Source: Macrostomum lignano
Lineage: Eukaryota
DNA: 64,000 bases
NCBI GenBank assembly: GCA_002269645.1
Contig: NIVC01003794.1
Coordinates: forward strand, 12,456 to 76,455
Direction: 5' to 3'
Below the pieces are notes generated by a model. The model saw nothing but the letters and a program-made list of their open reading frames with translations. It was not told the DNA's origin and made no database searches. Positions 45,127-58,049 of the stretch are shown piece by piece. Both the position numbers and the translations under genes were made by a program. Each line of letters begins with the position of its first letter. The first letter of the stretch is position 1.

Positions 45127-46249
45127 CCTGGGCGCCTCGACAATTATTTTTATTCAGACGGTTACCGGGAAAACTGATGGGCTCACTAGAATAAACAGAC
45201 ACCCACGGAGCCGCTCCGACCTGCCGCCTCATTCATATCCTAGTATTGTCACTTTTATTTCAAGCCCGGTCGATAGTAACCGGGTAGACAGAGAGAGACA
45301 GGGGAGGAGTGCCAGGAATAACTGGGAGCCGAGCCCGCGGGTTGGCTGGCAGGCTCGGGGAAAGAGTTTGCATAGCCCGCCAGGCTCAGCCTGAGGCTGG
45401 AGCGGGGGAGTTGAGAGGGCGAGTTTTCTAGAGGCAGACTGGGATTGGGGAGAATGAGGACGGCTCAATGCGAGGCAGACCCCGAGCCATAGACACTGTG
45501 GCTGAGACGGCGGGCCACTGAGGTGGGATAACTGCGGTAGGCTGAATGGCTCTGCCGACAATTCCTCTTCTTCTCTTTCAAAGTAAGCAAGTAGTTGCAG
45601 CAGCAGCAGCCGGCTCGCACCAATAGTCAAGGCAGAAATGGAAAGGATGGAATGGGGGAGGTTGGAGACTGGGACGGAAAAGTAGTCCAGCTGGAGCTGC
45701 AGAAGGGGAGGATAACTGCTCTAGATCTCAAGGTCGCATGCCTGACAACTAGCAGCTTGCCACTTGCCCACGGCGGATCCACCCAACCTTTAGCCTCCTC
45801 AGCTAAAGCTCCATCAGCATCAGCCAGGGAAGAAAGAAAAGTCGATTTTTACAACTAGAAGCCCCGTTGCTCCGTGCATGCACTATGCCGTGGGGTTTAA
45901 TTTTCTAGCGTGTAACACCCAGCACAGTCTGAGACATTCAGCAGAGGAAATTGAGAAAGGGAGGCGGCAGACGGCTACCTTTGCCACTTTCCGCACACGC
46001 ACGCGGATCAATAAAGCTCAGGACGAGGAGATTGTAAAAATTAAAGTTAAGTTAAACCGTTAAACGAATTCAGACCTGGAGTCTGCAGAGTCCCAACTTC
46101 CAAAGCCACGCACCGATAGCCACACAGCACATTAGGGTTCGGCCGAGCTTGATGTTTTTTGGTGATTTGGTACAGCAGTTATTGTTAGTTTCTTAACGAA
46201 AATGATGTACAAAAGAAAAAGCTAAAAAGCCAAAAAGACGATTCTTTGA

Positions 46250-46670
46250 TGGTTGACATGGCGATTGTTTTATGGCTGACATGGCGATTGTTTTATGGCT
46301 GACATGGCGATTGTTTTATGGCTGACATGGCGATTGTTTTATGGCTGACATGGCGATTGTTTTATGGCTGACATGGCGATTATTTTATGGTTGACATGGC
46401 GATTGTTTTATGGTTGACATGGCGATTGTTTTATGGCTGACATGGCGAATGTTTTATGGCTGACATGGCGATTGTTTCATGGCTGACATGGCGATTGTTT
46501 TATGGCTGACATGGCGATTGTTTTATGGCTGACATGGCGATTGTTTTATGGCTGACATTGCGATTGTTTTATGGCTGACATTGCGATTGTTTTATGGCTG
46601 ACATGGCGATTGTTTTATGGCTGACATGGCGATTGTTTTATGGCTGACATGAGGCTTTTTATAGTTGACA
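46250..46670. repeat. 23-bp minisatellite (GACATGGCGATTGTTTTATGGCT)n
   Basis: About 18 units. Confidence 0.96.
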
Positions 46671-47632
46671 TGGTGAATCTTTTATTTTAATTCCTTTTCG
46701 TTAAATCTGCCTCAGTTTAAAAAGATTTTAATTAATAAAGTCAAACCCGGTAGCTACATTAGCAGTTCAGTCTGTTCATATCTATGCTAGCTTTCATGAA
46801 ATCGATGGGCTTTGTTTAAGGAAAATCATGTCTAATTGAACTTCTACTGGATGCCGATACTCAAAAGATACTCAATGGTGACCGTACATACAGACCAGAC
46901 TATAGCGGGTAAAACAACAATAATAAAGTTGTTAAGCGAAGCAATCGTTAGGCCCGATGGACAAACTCAGAGCTGACCGGTACCCCGAGATTCTCATCTC
47001 TCTCATTTCCTTTCCTTTCCTCGACTGGACAAGGGAGGCAGGCAGAATCCGAGCAGGGCAAGCGGAAGCTTCGGCAGCGGCGGCGGGGGACGCAAGACAG
47101 CCGCCTGTCTGTACTTCCCGCCTGTCTGCTCCATCGTTGGATATTTGATTTGATGGGACAGCGCAGGCGGGCCAGAGGCATAAGCAGCAGCAGTGAGATA
47201 GCCAAGAGGAAGAGAATGAGTCTGATTTGCCAGTGTCAGCCAGCAGGGAAATTAACCCAATCAAGGCCACACGAAGCCTCTCAAATGAGTGTAATAAAAA
47301 ACGCACACATCAGCACGCGCGAACTCAGCGAAGCCAGGCGGGCCACAACTTCCCGCATCCCCTATCTATCCAATGGGATGATAACTGCTCGAATTTTTGC
47401 ATGACATTCAGTTGCCAGCCAGAGGCGACTATTTATATAAAGAGACCCTGTCCTAAATCCACGGGGAGCTCAGGCGCTTAAGGCTTTGCAGAAGCAGATG
47501 CTGCAGAGCAAATCGCCTGCGGAAGAAGTCAGAAAGATGGGCCTTGCTAAGTGTTTAGCCGACAAGCGGCGAGTCGCTTCAATTTCTGCTTTCGAAGAAG
47601 CACGCACTTTTGCCTACATGCATGGTTGCTAC

Positions 47633-47700
47633 AGCCGTACGCAGCCTTCAGATGCGCCGCGCAATAGCTGCGGCTGAGCTGTCGGTTGCACATCTGCCCA
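47633..47700 (+). mobile_element. 3' fragment of the SINE seen at 58205-58475
   Basis: cgtacgcagccttcagat(g/t)cgccgcgcaatagct(g/a)cggctgagctg(t/c)cggttgc(a/g)catctgcccat is shared with 58376-58443. Confidence 0.8.
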
Positions 47701-47722
47701 TTAGGGCACGTGTAATCAATTA

Positions 47723-48636
47723 TAGGATTTTTCGTTTGATTTCATAAAATTGTCATTTGATTTCGTCCATAGAAGTTGGCAGCGCGGCCATAGAATCTAT
47801 GGCAATAAAGTGCGCTGTTTTCCAATTGAATTCATAACTTTGCCACTTCATTTCGACATACCCAGTAGAAAGGCAACAGAAAAGTCAATGCGCTTGTCCA
47901 GTACAGAAAGAACTGTTAAAAACAGAAAGCTGTGTATTTAAGTCACATGAGGAAGTAGGCAGTTGCAACAGTGAAATCAGTTATGTCCGCCAAAGTTAAT
48001 GCTCGTTCGCTGCAACAAGCTACAAATTTCACATTATCTGCTGCTCATTGATGCACAGGGGCAGAAACCGCATCACATGTCGTTCCCAGGCAAGGCACTT
48101 CGCGGCGGAAATTTCCTCTGGTGCAACGTAGCCGCAGCGGAAAAGCACCATGAGTCTCCACTGCGTTAGGTTGATGCCATCAGGCGGATTGCTAAGTTCC
48201 TGTTGAAGCTCAGGTGTTGCTAGCTGGCGTTTAAGCGAAGCATTGAGACAACTGTGTGCCTGCTCCGCGGCGTTAAGAAATGGAGAGTACGGTGGCAGAG
48301 CTCGCAGTTGAATACGATTGGCCGCGTTTATACGTTTCCAATGGATGCAGCCATTTTTAGGCACACAAGGAAGGTGACTCTTGCCCAAGAAGAGGACACG
48401 TTCATATAGGCTTTTCATTTCTATGAGAGGTTTGGCCATAGATATTCACCCACTGATATCCCAGCCCCCTCTGGCAGTGTTTGAGTCACTCCGCGCGTCA
48501 AGTCGAAATGAAGTGGCAAAGCTATGAATTCAATCGGAAAACAGCGCACTTTATTGCCATAGATTTTATGGCCGCGCTGCCAACTTCTATGGACGAAATC
48601 AAATGACAATTTTATGAAATCAAACGAAAAATCCTA
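47723..48636 (-). mobile_element. Internally deleted Tc1/mariner-IS630-type DNA transposon with ~135-bp TIRs and TA target duplication
   Basis: TIRs at 47723-47857 and 48502-48636 (TAGGATTTTTCGTTTGATTTC...), flanked by TA on both sides. The internal frame 48029-48439 encodes RALPPYSPFLNAAEQ, the DDE_3 C-terminal catalytic motif. Confidence 0.9.
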
Positions 48637-49447
48637 TATTAATTATTATAATTATTATGGTTGCTAGCAATCATTAATAACCCAAAACCACGATAGTTCA
48701 ACGCGCAGATGTACTATTGCTAATTGTTTCCAAAACAATTTAACTACCTTTTTGGGGAGTAAGAGGGTGGAGGAACAACTCAAAGTCAAAGCTCTGTCTA
48801 GGCCATAGACATGCTTGGGTGTGTTAGGCCATAGACATATTTGGGTGTGTTAGATAGACATCTAAAAGTGCAGACATCCCAAACTGTCTTTCTTTTCATG
48901 AAATAGCTTACACATTCTTCATTACTACTGAACTCAAAGTAGAGAAGCAGTAATATCTAAGTGGCCCATGCTAAAAGCTTTCCAAGACTGTACGACCTTT
49001 GCGTCCAGATCTTTCAGCAATGCTGAACTATTGAATGGCACTCAAGCAACAAAATCAGCTGATTAAGGATATAAAAAATCAGCTTAAAGGGCACAGCAAT
49101 CGTCAATAACAACCAAGAAAAGAAAGGTGAAGTAAGTAAAGTAAAGAAAAAATGATAGAAAAATGTAAAATACTTCCTTTAGACGAAATAAAAATTTGAT
49201 TAAAAAACCAAAATAATAACTGAAAGAACTGATCAGAGATCAACTGTAAATAGATCTAGCACTAACTTACAAGCCAATATGCACTTACCAGGCATTTCCA
49301 GTAGACTATGCAATCTATAAAACAAGTATATACACTGATCACTCTACTGGTAAGTAGCATACCTAAAAAACAGTGCTTTGAATGCTACAAATTTTGTACT
49401 ACCTAGAAGTGCAATAAATTAAAAATGAAACAGTCAATAAAGCATAC

Positions 49448-49528
49448 CTCATCCGTTTTTTGATTCATTAGAAGTTGAATTTCTTCCAATTCTGTTTTGG
49501 GAACTGGTTGGTCATTGCTTTCTGCCAT
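49448..49528 (-). CDS. SNAP25: Alternative (distal) first coding exon of SNAP-25: MAESNDQPVPKTELEEIQLLMNQKTDE
   Basis: Acceptor gtgcacag| one base before the ATG; donor GAG|gtatgc is phase 0 and joins SLESTRRM. The peptide matches the canonical SNAP-25 N-terminus pattern (MAE...ELEE.Q....Q..DE). Confidence 0.85.
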
Positions 49529-51667
49529 TCTGTGCACAGATGTGAATGCATGAAGTCAATATTTTTCCATAGTTCTATAATATAACTCAAACAAAATGCA
49601 TCAAAGACATGGCGAATTCCAAATAACTGCCTTAAGGCAAAAATATGCTTCAGTTTATTCTTGAATGCTCTGTTTGCATAAAAAAACTTTATTTAACTCC
49701 TATTATGTCAAAAAATAATATAGTGAATCATATTTATGAAATTATTCATTACCTTTTTTTAAGTTTCATATCAACTATACTCTGACAATTTAATATTTAA
49801 TAATATAAGGCTAAAGCAATTAAGACTAATTGCATAGTTTCAATTTCTGAATGCCATATTATTGACTTTATTGTTTAATATTCTGTGTTATCAATAGCAA
49901 ATCCAGATAAGGCCAACTTTATAAAAGCATTTTTATCCTTTTAAGAATGGGGATAGTTTTTCCTATTTTAACAAAGATAAGTTTCCTGACTATGGAAGTG
50001 TGTCTATAGGGGGCACAATCTATATCAAATGTGAAATCTATAAGAAATGATGCTTAATAGAAAAAGACCTATATTATTATACACATATTTGGCCAGTTGA
50101 AAAATACTACATATGAGATGGTTTAACTTATCAATATATAACTAGAACTAAACTATAAAAAAAGAATACAATTTTCAAAATACAATATGCTAAACTTGCC
50201 ATGGTTGCTAGTTAGATTATTATATTCTATTTTATCATATTATATAATGAAGTGACAAGGAGCAAAGTAGCCATTAATAATAAATAAAATTGCATTGAAT
50301 ATAGATAACAATATATACAAAGCTATTTAACTAGAAATTTAAACACTGTAATAATCTTCTAGTGAGAAAGTCACTAATAATAAAAAATGGATATCAAGTC
50401 TCAAATATTAAAATTTTTATCCAAAATCTAAACATTTCAAACTTTTACTTTATTTATAATTTTTCTGACTATAATTTGCTTAGAATAGACATGCTTAGTA
50501 GATAATGAAAATACTTCCTCAGTTAGGTTAGTATATGCTACTTAAGATAACAAAGTGACTAAAACAAAGGAGGAGAAGACAAGAGAGAAGAAGAAAGAAA
50601 AGGATAAGAAAGAATAAAATAAGAGAGGAAAAAGTAGAATATAGGAAAGGAGAGAAAAAAGAAAGGATAAAAGAAAAAAGAGGATAGGAAAAGAAAGGAC
50701 AAAAGAGAAGAAGACAGAAAAAAAGAGAAGGAAAAGGGAAAAATAAATGGGATAAGAGAAAAGAAAAGAGAAGAGACATAAACCTAAATTAGGCCAGATT
50801 GCTACTATAAAGTTTCAAAGGGCTAAAGGACCCCTGCCCTAGATAATAAAATGACAAATGGCAAAATGATAAAGAACCATTGCCTCTATATCTTGCCATG
50901 TATCAATTTACAATTAGTTTCCTCTATTAAGAACCTTATAGAGCTGACTAGGCCTAATATTAATGTCAATGATCATTTGTAACAAATAAAATATATTTAT
51001 TCTTTTATTAATTAAATAAAGCATGTTAATATTAGAATTGAATTAAGCCTTTGCTACCCAGTGATGCAACTAAGGGAGGGTCACGGAGGGCCTGTTAGGC
51101 CATAGGTTCTCTACTATTTTAAGGCCTACTTTGGATTTTTAAAAAAAGAATTTGAAAAACCCTTTTTTCTTTTTAACAATTTTAATTTTAGAAACAATAG
51201 TTTACTATTAAATTTGAAGCCATACTCAAACAAAAACTTGTTAGGCCTTAGGGCCTAATCATTAGGATAGAGATGAATATAAATAGAATAAATTGTATAA
51301 AATTAAGATTAGAAGCAAGCATTGATCTTGTTGACTAGGTGCTCTGGCCTTTGTCTCTACCTTGCTTTATTCTTCTTAGATCCTTTGAAACTTATATCTT
51401 CTTTTTTGTTTCTTCTATTTTCTTTTTCTTATGTATTTTTTCCCTATCTTTTCTCTCTCCATTCTCTTGTCAATATTCCTTCATTTTTTCTGTCTTATCT
51501 TTGCTCTCTTATCTTTCTTTTTTTCTACTCTTTGATAGTATTATAATTGCCCCTTTAGTTTTTATTAGGCCCCAACTAGCCCTCTTATCCTGAAAATGAA
51601 ACTTTTGGATATATCCCTAATACTACATTGTTTGGTAGGCCTATTTATAGTTTAGAAAGCAATTGAC

Positions 51668-52523
51668 GGTTCCTGGACACTTCGTCATCTTACTACTTCG
51701 TCATCCACTCATATTTCTAGACACTTCGTCATCTTACCACTTCGTCATCTACGAAACTATTGTGGACACATCGTCATCTACTCCCTGGACACTTTGTCAT
51801 CCACTTTGTCTGAAAAACTTATTGAATGAATAGCTATATGTAACTTTGTCAGCTAAGTTGTATTGAGTAGTCATAAATATAGGTGACTACACTGAGTATT
51901 AACTAACTGATTAACTAACTGATAATTAATGTGGATTAACTACGACAGGGGAAGAGCTGGAGAAGAGAAGATATCGCGATCAGTACAAAATTAAATTCTA
52001 CTCGCGGTTTTGAATACCATACAAAATCTTGTAATCATACAATGAAACAAAAATAATAATGAATTGTAAATTTGCATACCTGAATAGCAAAATTAAATAC
52101 AATTTAAAAAATAAATAATAATAAATACTAAAAAATACACTATTCATAAACATAATTAAATCTACATCGTTACAACTCCACACATGGTTGTGGAAGCAAA
52201 GCTATAATAAAATTACAATCAACACTTGTACACATATAGCGTGCATTTAGATGCCAATTATAGCGAGAAGTTGAATCCCTAAACGTGTATTTAATCATAT
52301 ATTTTACATACTATTGATTGAGAAACAATTTACATATATAAAAAACAATCGAATAACAATTTTACAGCTTTGCGAAATCTTGCGATGACGAAGTGTCCTC
52401 AAAATTTGGTTACTTCGTCATCTAGATTTCTAACAATTTTTTTGTATGATGAAGTGTCCAAAAACCATGGTCACTTCGTCATCTGGATGACGAACTGGTA
52501 AGATGACGAAGTGTCCAGGAACC
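51668..52523. mobile_element. Non-autonomous MULE-type MITE, 856 bp, 9-bp TSD
   Basis: TIR GGTTCCTGGACACTTCGTCATCTTAC at both ends; TSD GCAATTGAC at 51659-51667 and 52524-52532; subterminal cttcgtcatc repeats. Confidence 0.93.
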
Positions 52524-53317
52524 GCAATTGACATATATCATGTATGCTAGGATTTCCTGGCATACAAGTTACAATAGAGGTATTAGCAATTTTCAATATA
52601 CATTACTTTAATAAACATCCTAGTATAAGCCTACATGATGATACAAATATAGTAGAAACACAAACACTCTTAATGACATATTTTTAGTCCTAGCATACAA
52701 ACAAAAGCATGCTTTTCCCCACTGATTGGACTGTGGCATACATTAATATATGATTTGAACTATGGTTTGGCACTATTTTGAATTTAGCATGCATATTTAA
52801 GGGTAGAGCCTAGCTACACCAAAAAATTACTAAGCTTAAAGTAAAACTTTTCTTCAACTAGGCCTCATATTTTATAACTTGTCTTTATTTTTTAGAGTGC
52901 ATAGGGGCCTAGGGCCCTAGGCCTAGGCTGATAAATAAATAGTAAAGATTAATATCAAGTGCCTAAAAGACCTGCTTTAAGACCAAGATGTTTGCCTAAG
53001 CATGACATGAAGGATTGAGGGCATGCTTAACAATGTTTGCCTACAAAATTTTTGCTTCTACACAATTTAGATTGTGTCCTAGCTAGGTATAATTGTTACA
53101 ATCTATACCTACTTCCTATGTCCCTTTGATGGCAAATTTTTGGCCATAACATAGCTAGGTCTAAGCTAAGCTTAAAAACTGCTTAAGCTAAGCTGAAACT
53201 GAAGCGAAGGGAAAGCCAAAAGGCCATGGCCCCTCTCAAATCCACCAAGTAAGCAATTTTCATTTAAAGTGTACCTGTCTAATAAATTAATAAGCGTCAT
53301 GCAAGCTTCAAATTTAA

Positions 53318-53912
53318 GGGTGCAGCCCATTTCGGCGAAAGAATTTTCGGCGAAGGACGCTTCAGCGAAAGTGAATTTTAAGTTTCAATAGATGTACATT
53401 TCGGCGAAAGAAAGTGACCAGTGCGGCGAAAAGATGGGCTACGTATATATTGCAAATATACCACTTTGGTGATTAAAGCTTTTAATAAATTGTTCATTGC
53501 TGCAAATTATTTGCAGTTAGAAAATTAAAAAACTCATGACTTAGCTCGTAGCTATGTTATGTACATGCGATCTATCGATATGCAGTCAATAGATTAGGGA
53601 TGATGACGGTGTGGTTTTTCAGATTAAATCACCAGGCTCTTAAAATCGTACTTTGAAATTCCGCCGTAATGGAAGGGCATCTAATAAAACAACTAAATTA
53701 AACTGCGACAAAACAAAAACATGCTAAGATAAAATTAGTCTTTTTAAAGTTCGTCGTTTTTTAGCTTACTTCTAAAACAAAAAACTTCTCAGCGAAGCTT
53801 AGAATAAATTTTTCGCCGAAATGGTCAGCTTTAGACAAATGGTCATTGCGAAAGTATTTTTCGCCGTTTTTGACTTTCGCCGAAAATTCTTTCGCCGAAG
53901 TAGGTTGAAACC
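53318..53912. mobile_element. Non-autonomous MULE-like MITE, ~595 bp, 8-9-bp TSD
   Basis: Imperfect ~37-bp TIRs (GGGTGCAGCCCATTTCGGCGAAAGAATTTTCGGCGAA versus GGTTTCAACCTACTTCGGCGAAAGAATTTTCGGCGAA); (C)AAATTTAA on both sides; ttcggcgaa subterminal repeats. Confidence 0.88.
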
Positions 53913-55254
53913 AAATTTAATACCAAAAAAAAACGCGAAAGAACCTAAGAACTATAAAGTCGTGTAGTGTAGGTAGAATGTCCAGGGCCAATGAAATTCT
54001 AATAGTACAAAGACATTTTATAAATTTGGTCTAGGACTAACAAAACTATTAATTTTTTAACAGCATGACCTCCATAATTTTTTCTATGGGGCTTTGCCGC
54101 TTTGATCTACTGAACTAAAAATGCTGTTTTTGAAATTCATATCACGGATTCATATTCGCATATCTTTCGAATATAGGCCACAGATTATGGTAATCCAGAA
54201 ACACCATTTTCGGCAGCGTTTGCCAACATATATTCTCACAGATGATAATAAGGTCGGAGGGTTTCGTCTGTGTTGATTGGTCGAGATTTAATTCGTTCAT
54301 CTCAGCCGTTCAAATCGGTGCGGTTTCTACGATTCAAACAAACTTAAGCGAGGATCTCGGCTTGCAGATGACGGGGAGCTCCGGCTGCTGAGTTCCTCAG
54401 GCTCAAGGGGAGGGTAGCTGTGGTCGCGGCAGAGCGGTCTAGTTTTTCCGACATCCAGAATGCCGAATGCAGAAATTTGTAGCCGAAATGGGGAAAACTT
54501 CAAAATAAGCTAAGTTTGTCGAGATTGTTGCTAATAGTAGTAGTTTGCTGCCACCACCGCGGTTATACATGGGAAAAGCTCTCTAGAGCTCAAAACTAGC
54601 TCGAGTTGGCTCTAGGACTTCTCTTGAGACCGCTAGGTCAAATAAAGCTTCCGAGGTCACGAAGGCTAAGACACCGTTTCCATACAAGAGATTACTTGGC
54701 TGGCGTTAAAGGGGCCAGGTAGCTGAATAGCACGTATTATTGTTATTAACTGTTGCACGAGCCACAAGCAATGTACTATGATGTTATTATTAAGAGATAA
54801 TAATTAGCTGGCTGGGTGAGGAGCTGGTCGGGTCGGGATGTCGGGCTTACACGTAGGGGCCTCTCGTAATGGACTGTATTAGAGTTAAAGAAGATGGGCA
54901 ATACCACGGAAGTCGGTCTCACAAGGGATCGGGGCAAAACCACGAAAGTTGGGGCAGATTCCACGAGGGTTATGGCGGATTCCACGAGAGTTGGGGCGGA
55001 TTCCATGAGAGTTAAGCGGATTCCACGAGTCTGGCTGGGAAAGGCGGGGCGCAGACTCTTAAATAGCGCTCTCATGAGCCACCGGGAGGAAAGGGGTTAC
55101 CCCGGGTGGGGAGAGAGCGACACCGGATAGAAAAAGGGACGGGGTAACACCGGGTGGTGACGACTAAACACCGGGTGGACCCCTATTCAAAAGCATTAAA
55201 ACGAACGAAAAATACACGGAGTGGAACGGGGAGTTACATTAACTGTAGCGCGCG

Positions 55255-55305
55255 TGACGTCAGGATGACGTAAAATTACGGCAAAGGGAAATCGCGCGGC
55301 GAAAA
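55255..55305. promoter_or_regulatory. CpG-rich patch with CRE/ATF (TGACGTCA) and E2F-like (GCGGCGAAAA) motifs; possible promoter
   Basis: Motif matches only; the target gene is not identified. Confidence 0.25.
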
Positions 55306-56489
55306 ATAGAGTTACACGCTGTGGGAAAAGCCAGTGGCGGCCTCGCCTGCCACAATAAGATTGTGACGTACGTTGGGGGTTCTTTTTATTATTTCAAATC
55401 ATCGATTAATATCTACTAAAAATATTTAATATGTATTTTATTTATATCAGTTGGTTTCATTTTTATGTTTATCGACAAAAGTAAACAATGCTTTGTTTTA
55501 CTGAATTGAAATATAGTTATATTTAACATTTTGAATTCTTTGGCTTCGGAGAGGACTAACTCGTACATGGAGTTCGGCTGCTGTTCCTATGGCCAGCAAA
55601 TTTGATTTCCGTAAACATTGATAAACAGTAGTTTAAAATCGCTCTCAATTAACTAATTCCCACTAAGGTCATCTTCGAAGCCATTCCATCGACACTACAG
55701 CTGTTCGTTACCAATTACCTGTTTAGCATCAGCTATATACATGTACCGTTCGTGTCTGTAACCTACAAATATAAATAATCCGTAATCGAATAATCGGCTC
55801 CGTCAGTTATCGGTCACCACTAACTGTGTGTTCAATCACTACTTGAATAGCAGTCCGTCAGCATGCGAACTCTCGGACCAGATATTCGTCACAAGATGAT
55901 TGTACATTTTTGGCCAAATAACGATAAAGATCTTGCAGATGATTTATTACAGAGCTTTTACATGCTTACCATAAAACTGCATCTTTTTGGAGTTTATAAT
56001 CATATTTATACAGTTATACTAGGCCATCAAATGAGCCACCATCACTACCGATGTACAATTAAAGAAGAAAATTTGATGTACAAATTGTGTGATCACACGA
56101 AATGTGACCTTATTTGATGGGGGCGTGAATGAGTCTTTAAGAAAGTTTATCGAGACCAAAGATCATATAATGCACAAGATGGGCCACTCATTAACCGCTT
56201 TGGGTTCATAGAAGCTATTGTAAAAAGTTTTGCATCTCGCGACAGCGCGAAAATCAGCTTTTGAACTCAATTTCGTCAGTAGTCTCTGCAGTGCAAGCAC
56301 CATTCTTAATTTGATTGAGTAGCTTTTTATTTTACTTTATCAAAAGTTTTATCACATTCTCAAAAAATAGCGTCTATGTACACGAGCTACTGAACTCAAA
56401 ATTTAAGCAACCCATGTCGGCTTTTTTTCGCACAAGTCGCACTTTCCCTATTGCCGCCATACAAAGTGGCCTATCCAGGGAATATAAGA

Positions 56490-56600
56490 TCTATAAGATC
56501 AACCGTGTGCTGCAAGTGTTCTACGGCACGGCTCGTAAGCCTGACGGTGGATTTTATTCACCAGCATCGCTAATCTGCATTCGCCTTGACACTCAGCTTT
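56490..56600 (+). mobile_element. Crypton-type (DUF3504/ZMYM-KCTD1-like) tyrosine-recombinase transposon remnant
   Basis: Peptide INRVLQVFYGTARKPDGGFYSPASLICIR matches the LN..L..F..e.Rk.dG..Y.p.SL..i motif of Crypton-A/DUF3504 as recalled. Confidence 0.6.
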
Positions 56601-56908
56601 CATGGAAACGTGAATGGTTGCACCTTTAATTTGCCAAAATGACGGTACCTTTTTTACATCTACTTTTAAAATGGACAATACTGCGAAAGTGACACAGGCC
56701 TCGCCTCTCATACAGTTCTTTGCAGTACTGTTGTTTCGTTAAATTGTTACTTAAAATATACACACTGACAAACCATGTTAAAGTTTTGCCATAGACATCA
56801 ATTATCTGCACGCTTTTTTATTATCAGCACGCTTTTTGTATAGACTGACTATAGGATTTTACCATAGACATAGGCCTTATCTGCACGCTTGAGCGTTGTA
56901 CAATGAAA

Positions 56909-56995
56909 GGTTCCAGGACATTTCGTCAACCGGCATTTCGTCAACTGGTATTTTGTCAACCAGACATTACGGCAACCGGACATTTGGTTCAAGCC
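56909..56995 (+). mobile_element. Solo end of a MULE-type MITE related to 51668-52523
   Basis: GGTTCCAGGACATTTCGTCAACC followed by atttcgtcaac repeats; no partner TIR seen in the window. Confidence 0.65.
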
Positions 56996-57279
56996 AAAAT
57001 TATTCGTCCGTCATGTTAGCCGTTAACGTTAACATATTTAAGTTTAAGTTTTAAGTTTTATAAAAGAAAATTTTGAAACCATGTACGTGGTATTCAGGTA
57101 CCATGGTACGAGTATTGCGACATCATTGAGGACCGAACGTTTCTACGAAAATTTATTTCCAGGAAGTGTTAAACAAATTTGAAAACGCATTACCGCTTCT
57201 CACATTCTATAGGTATGGCAGATGGCCGTTATTTTACGGCATACGCCATTTTTTATTTTACGCCATACCCACCTGAACA

Positions 57280-57870
57280 CTAAGGTCTCCCCTGTGCTCT
57301 ATACTACGAAGGTGTCGCAATACGTGCAAAGACTCAAGTGCAGTGTACCGAAAACCTTGTGTGCGGGAGTTATCTACAAAGTCTCGTGCGTTGCTGACCA
57401 ACGCCGGTTTTACATCGGTAAAACCGAAAGGCACCCACACACAAGGGTTAAGGAGCACTGTACAAGAGCTAGCGCTGTGTACGACCGCCTCCTGATGTGC
57501 AATCAATGTGCTAAAGTTAGAAATGCTGAGAAATTTGAAATTATCGATCGTAATCGCCAGAGTTTGAAGTTGTCTACTCTTGAGGCGTTGTACATTATAC
57601 AGCTAAAGCCCACCATGAACATCCAACTTGGTGGTAGAGGGGCGAGTGTCCATCTAAGGGTGTTCTGACCCCATGCGCTTGCCTCTTGTTTAGGGCCATC
57701 TAACTCAGTTACCCATTCTTGCATCATTTTGGCCTACTAGACTTTAAACAATTTACCATCTCTCTGAAAATATATTATTGCCTTGCCTGAAGATGCCGAG
57801 TGTTCGGCGAAACATGTCGCGCGTAAATTGACTAATAAATTATCATTTCGTAATTTCGTATTATCAAAGA
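57280..57870 (+). mobile_element. Penelope-like element 3' end (GIY-YIG endonuclease) plus pLTR region
   Basis: GVIYKVSC...FYIGKTER....RVKEH and LEALYIIQLKPTMNIQ are hallmark Penelope EN motifs; the RT portion is absent. Confidence 0.9.
57784..57821 (+). ncRNA. Minimal type I hammerhead ribozyme of a Penelope-like element
   Basis: CTGAAGA (57787-93), T, stem II GCCGA/TCGGC with GTGT loop, GAAA (57809-12), palindromic ACATGT stem III, GTC cleavage triplet (57816-18); stem I is only TGC/GCG. Confidence 0.8.
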
Positions 57871-58049
57871 TAAAATGCGAATGTTCGCCTTTGCTTTCAT
57901 TTTCCTGACTTTCCTCAAACGGTGTACCTTACCTGGACTCCAAAATTAAGATTAGTGGAGCAGAGATAGAAGAGAAAAAGGGAGCTGGGAGGAGAAATCA
58001 TCAGCCAATTTTATAAAGTGCTTGTCTTATGGGGGCGCCAGCACAAACC

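Noticed and set aside
55863-56117. 84-aa His/Cys-containing ORF
   Set aside because: Short, AT-rich and unrecognised; at most a TE remnant.
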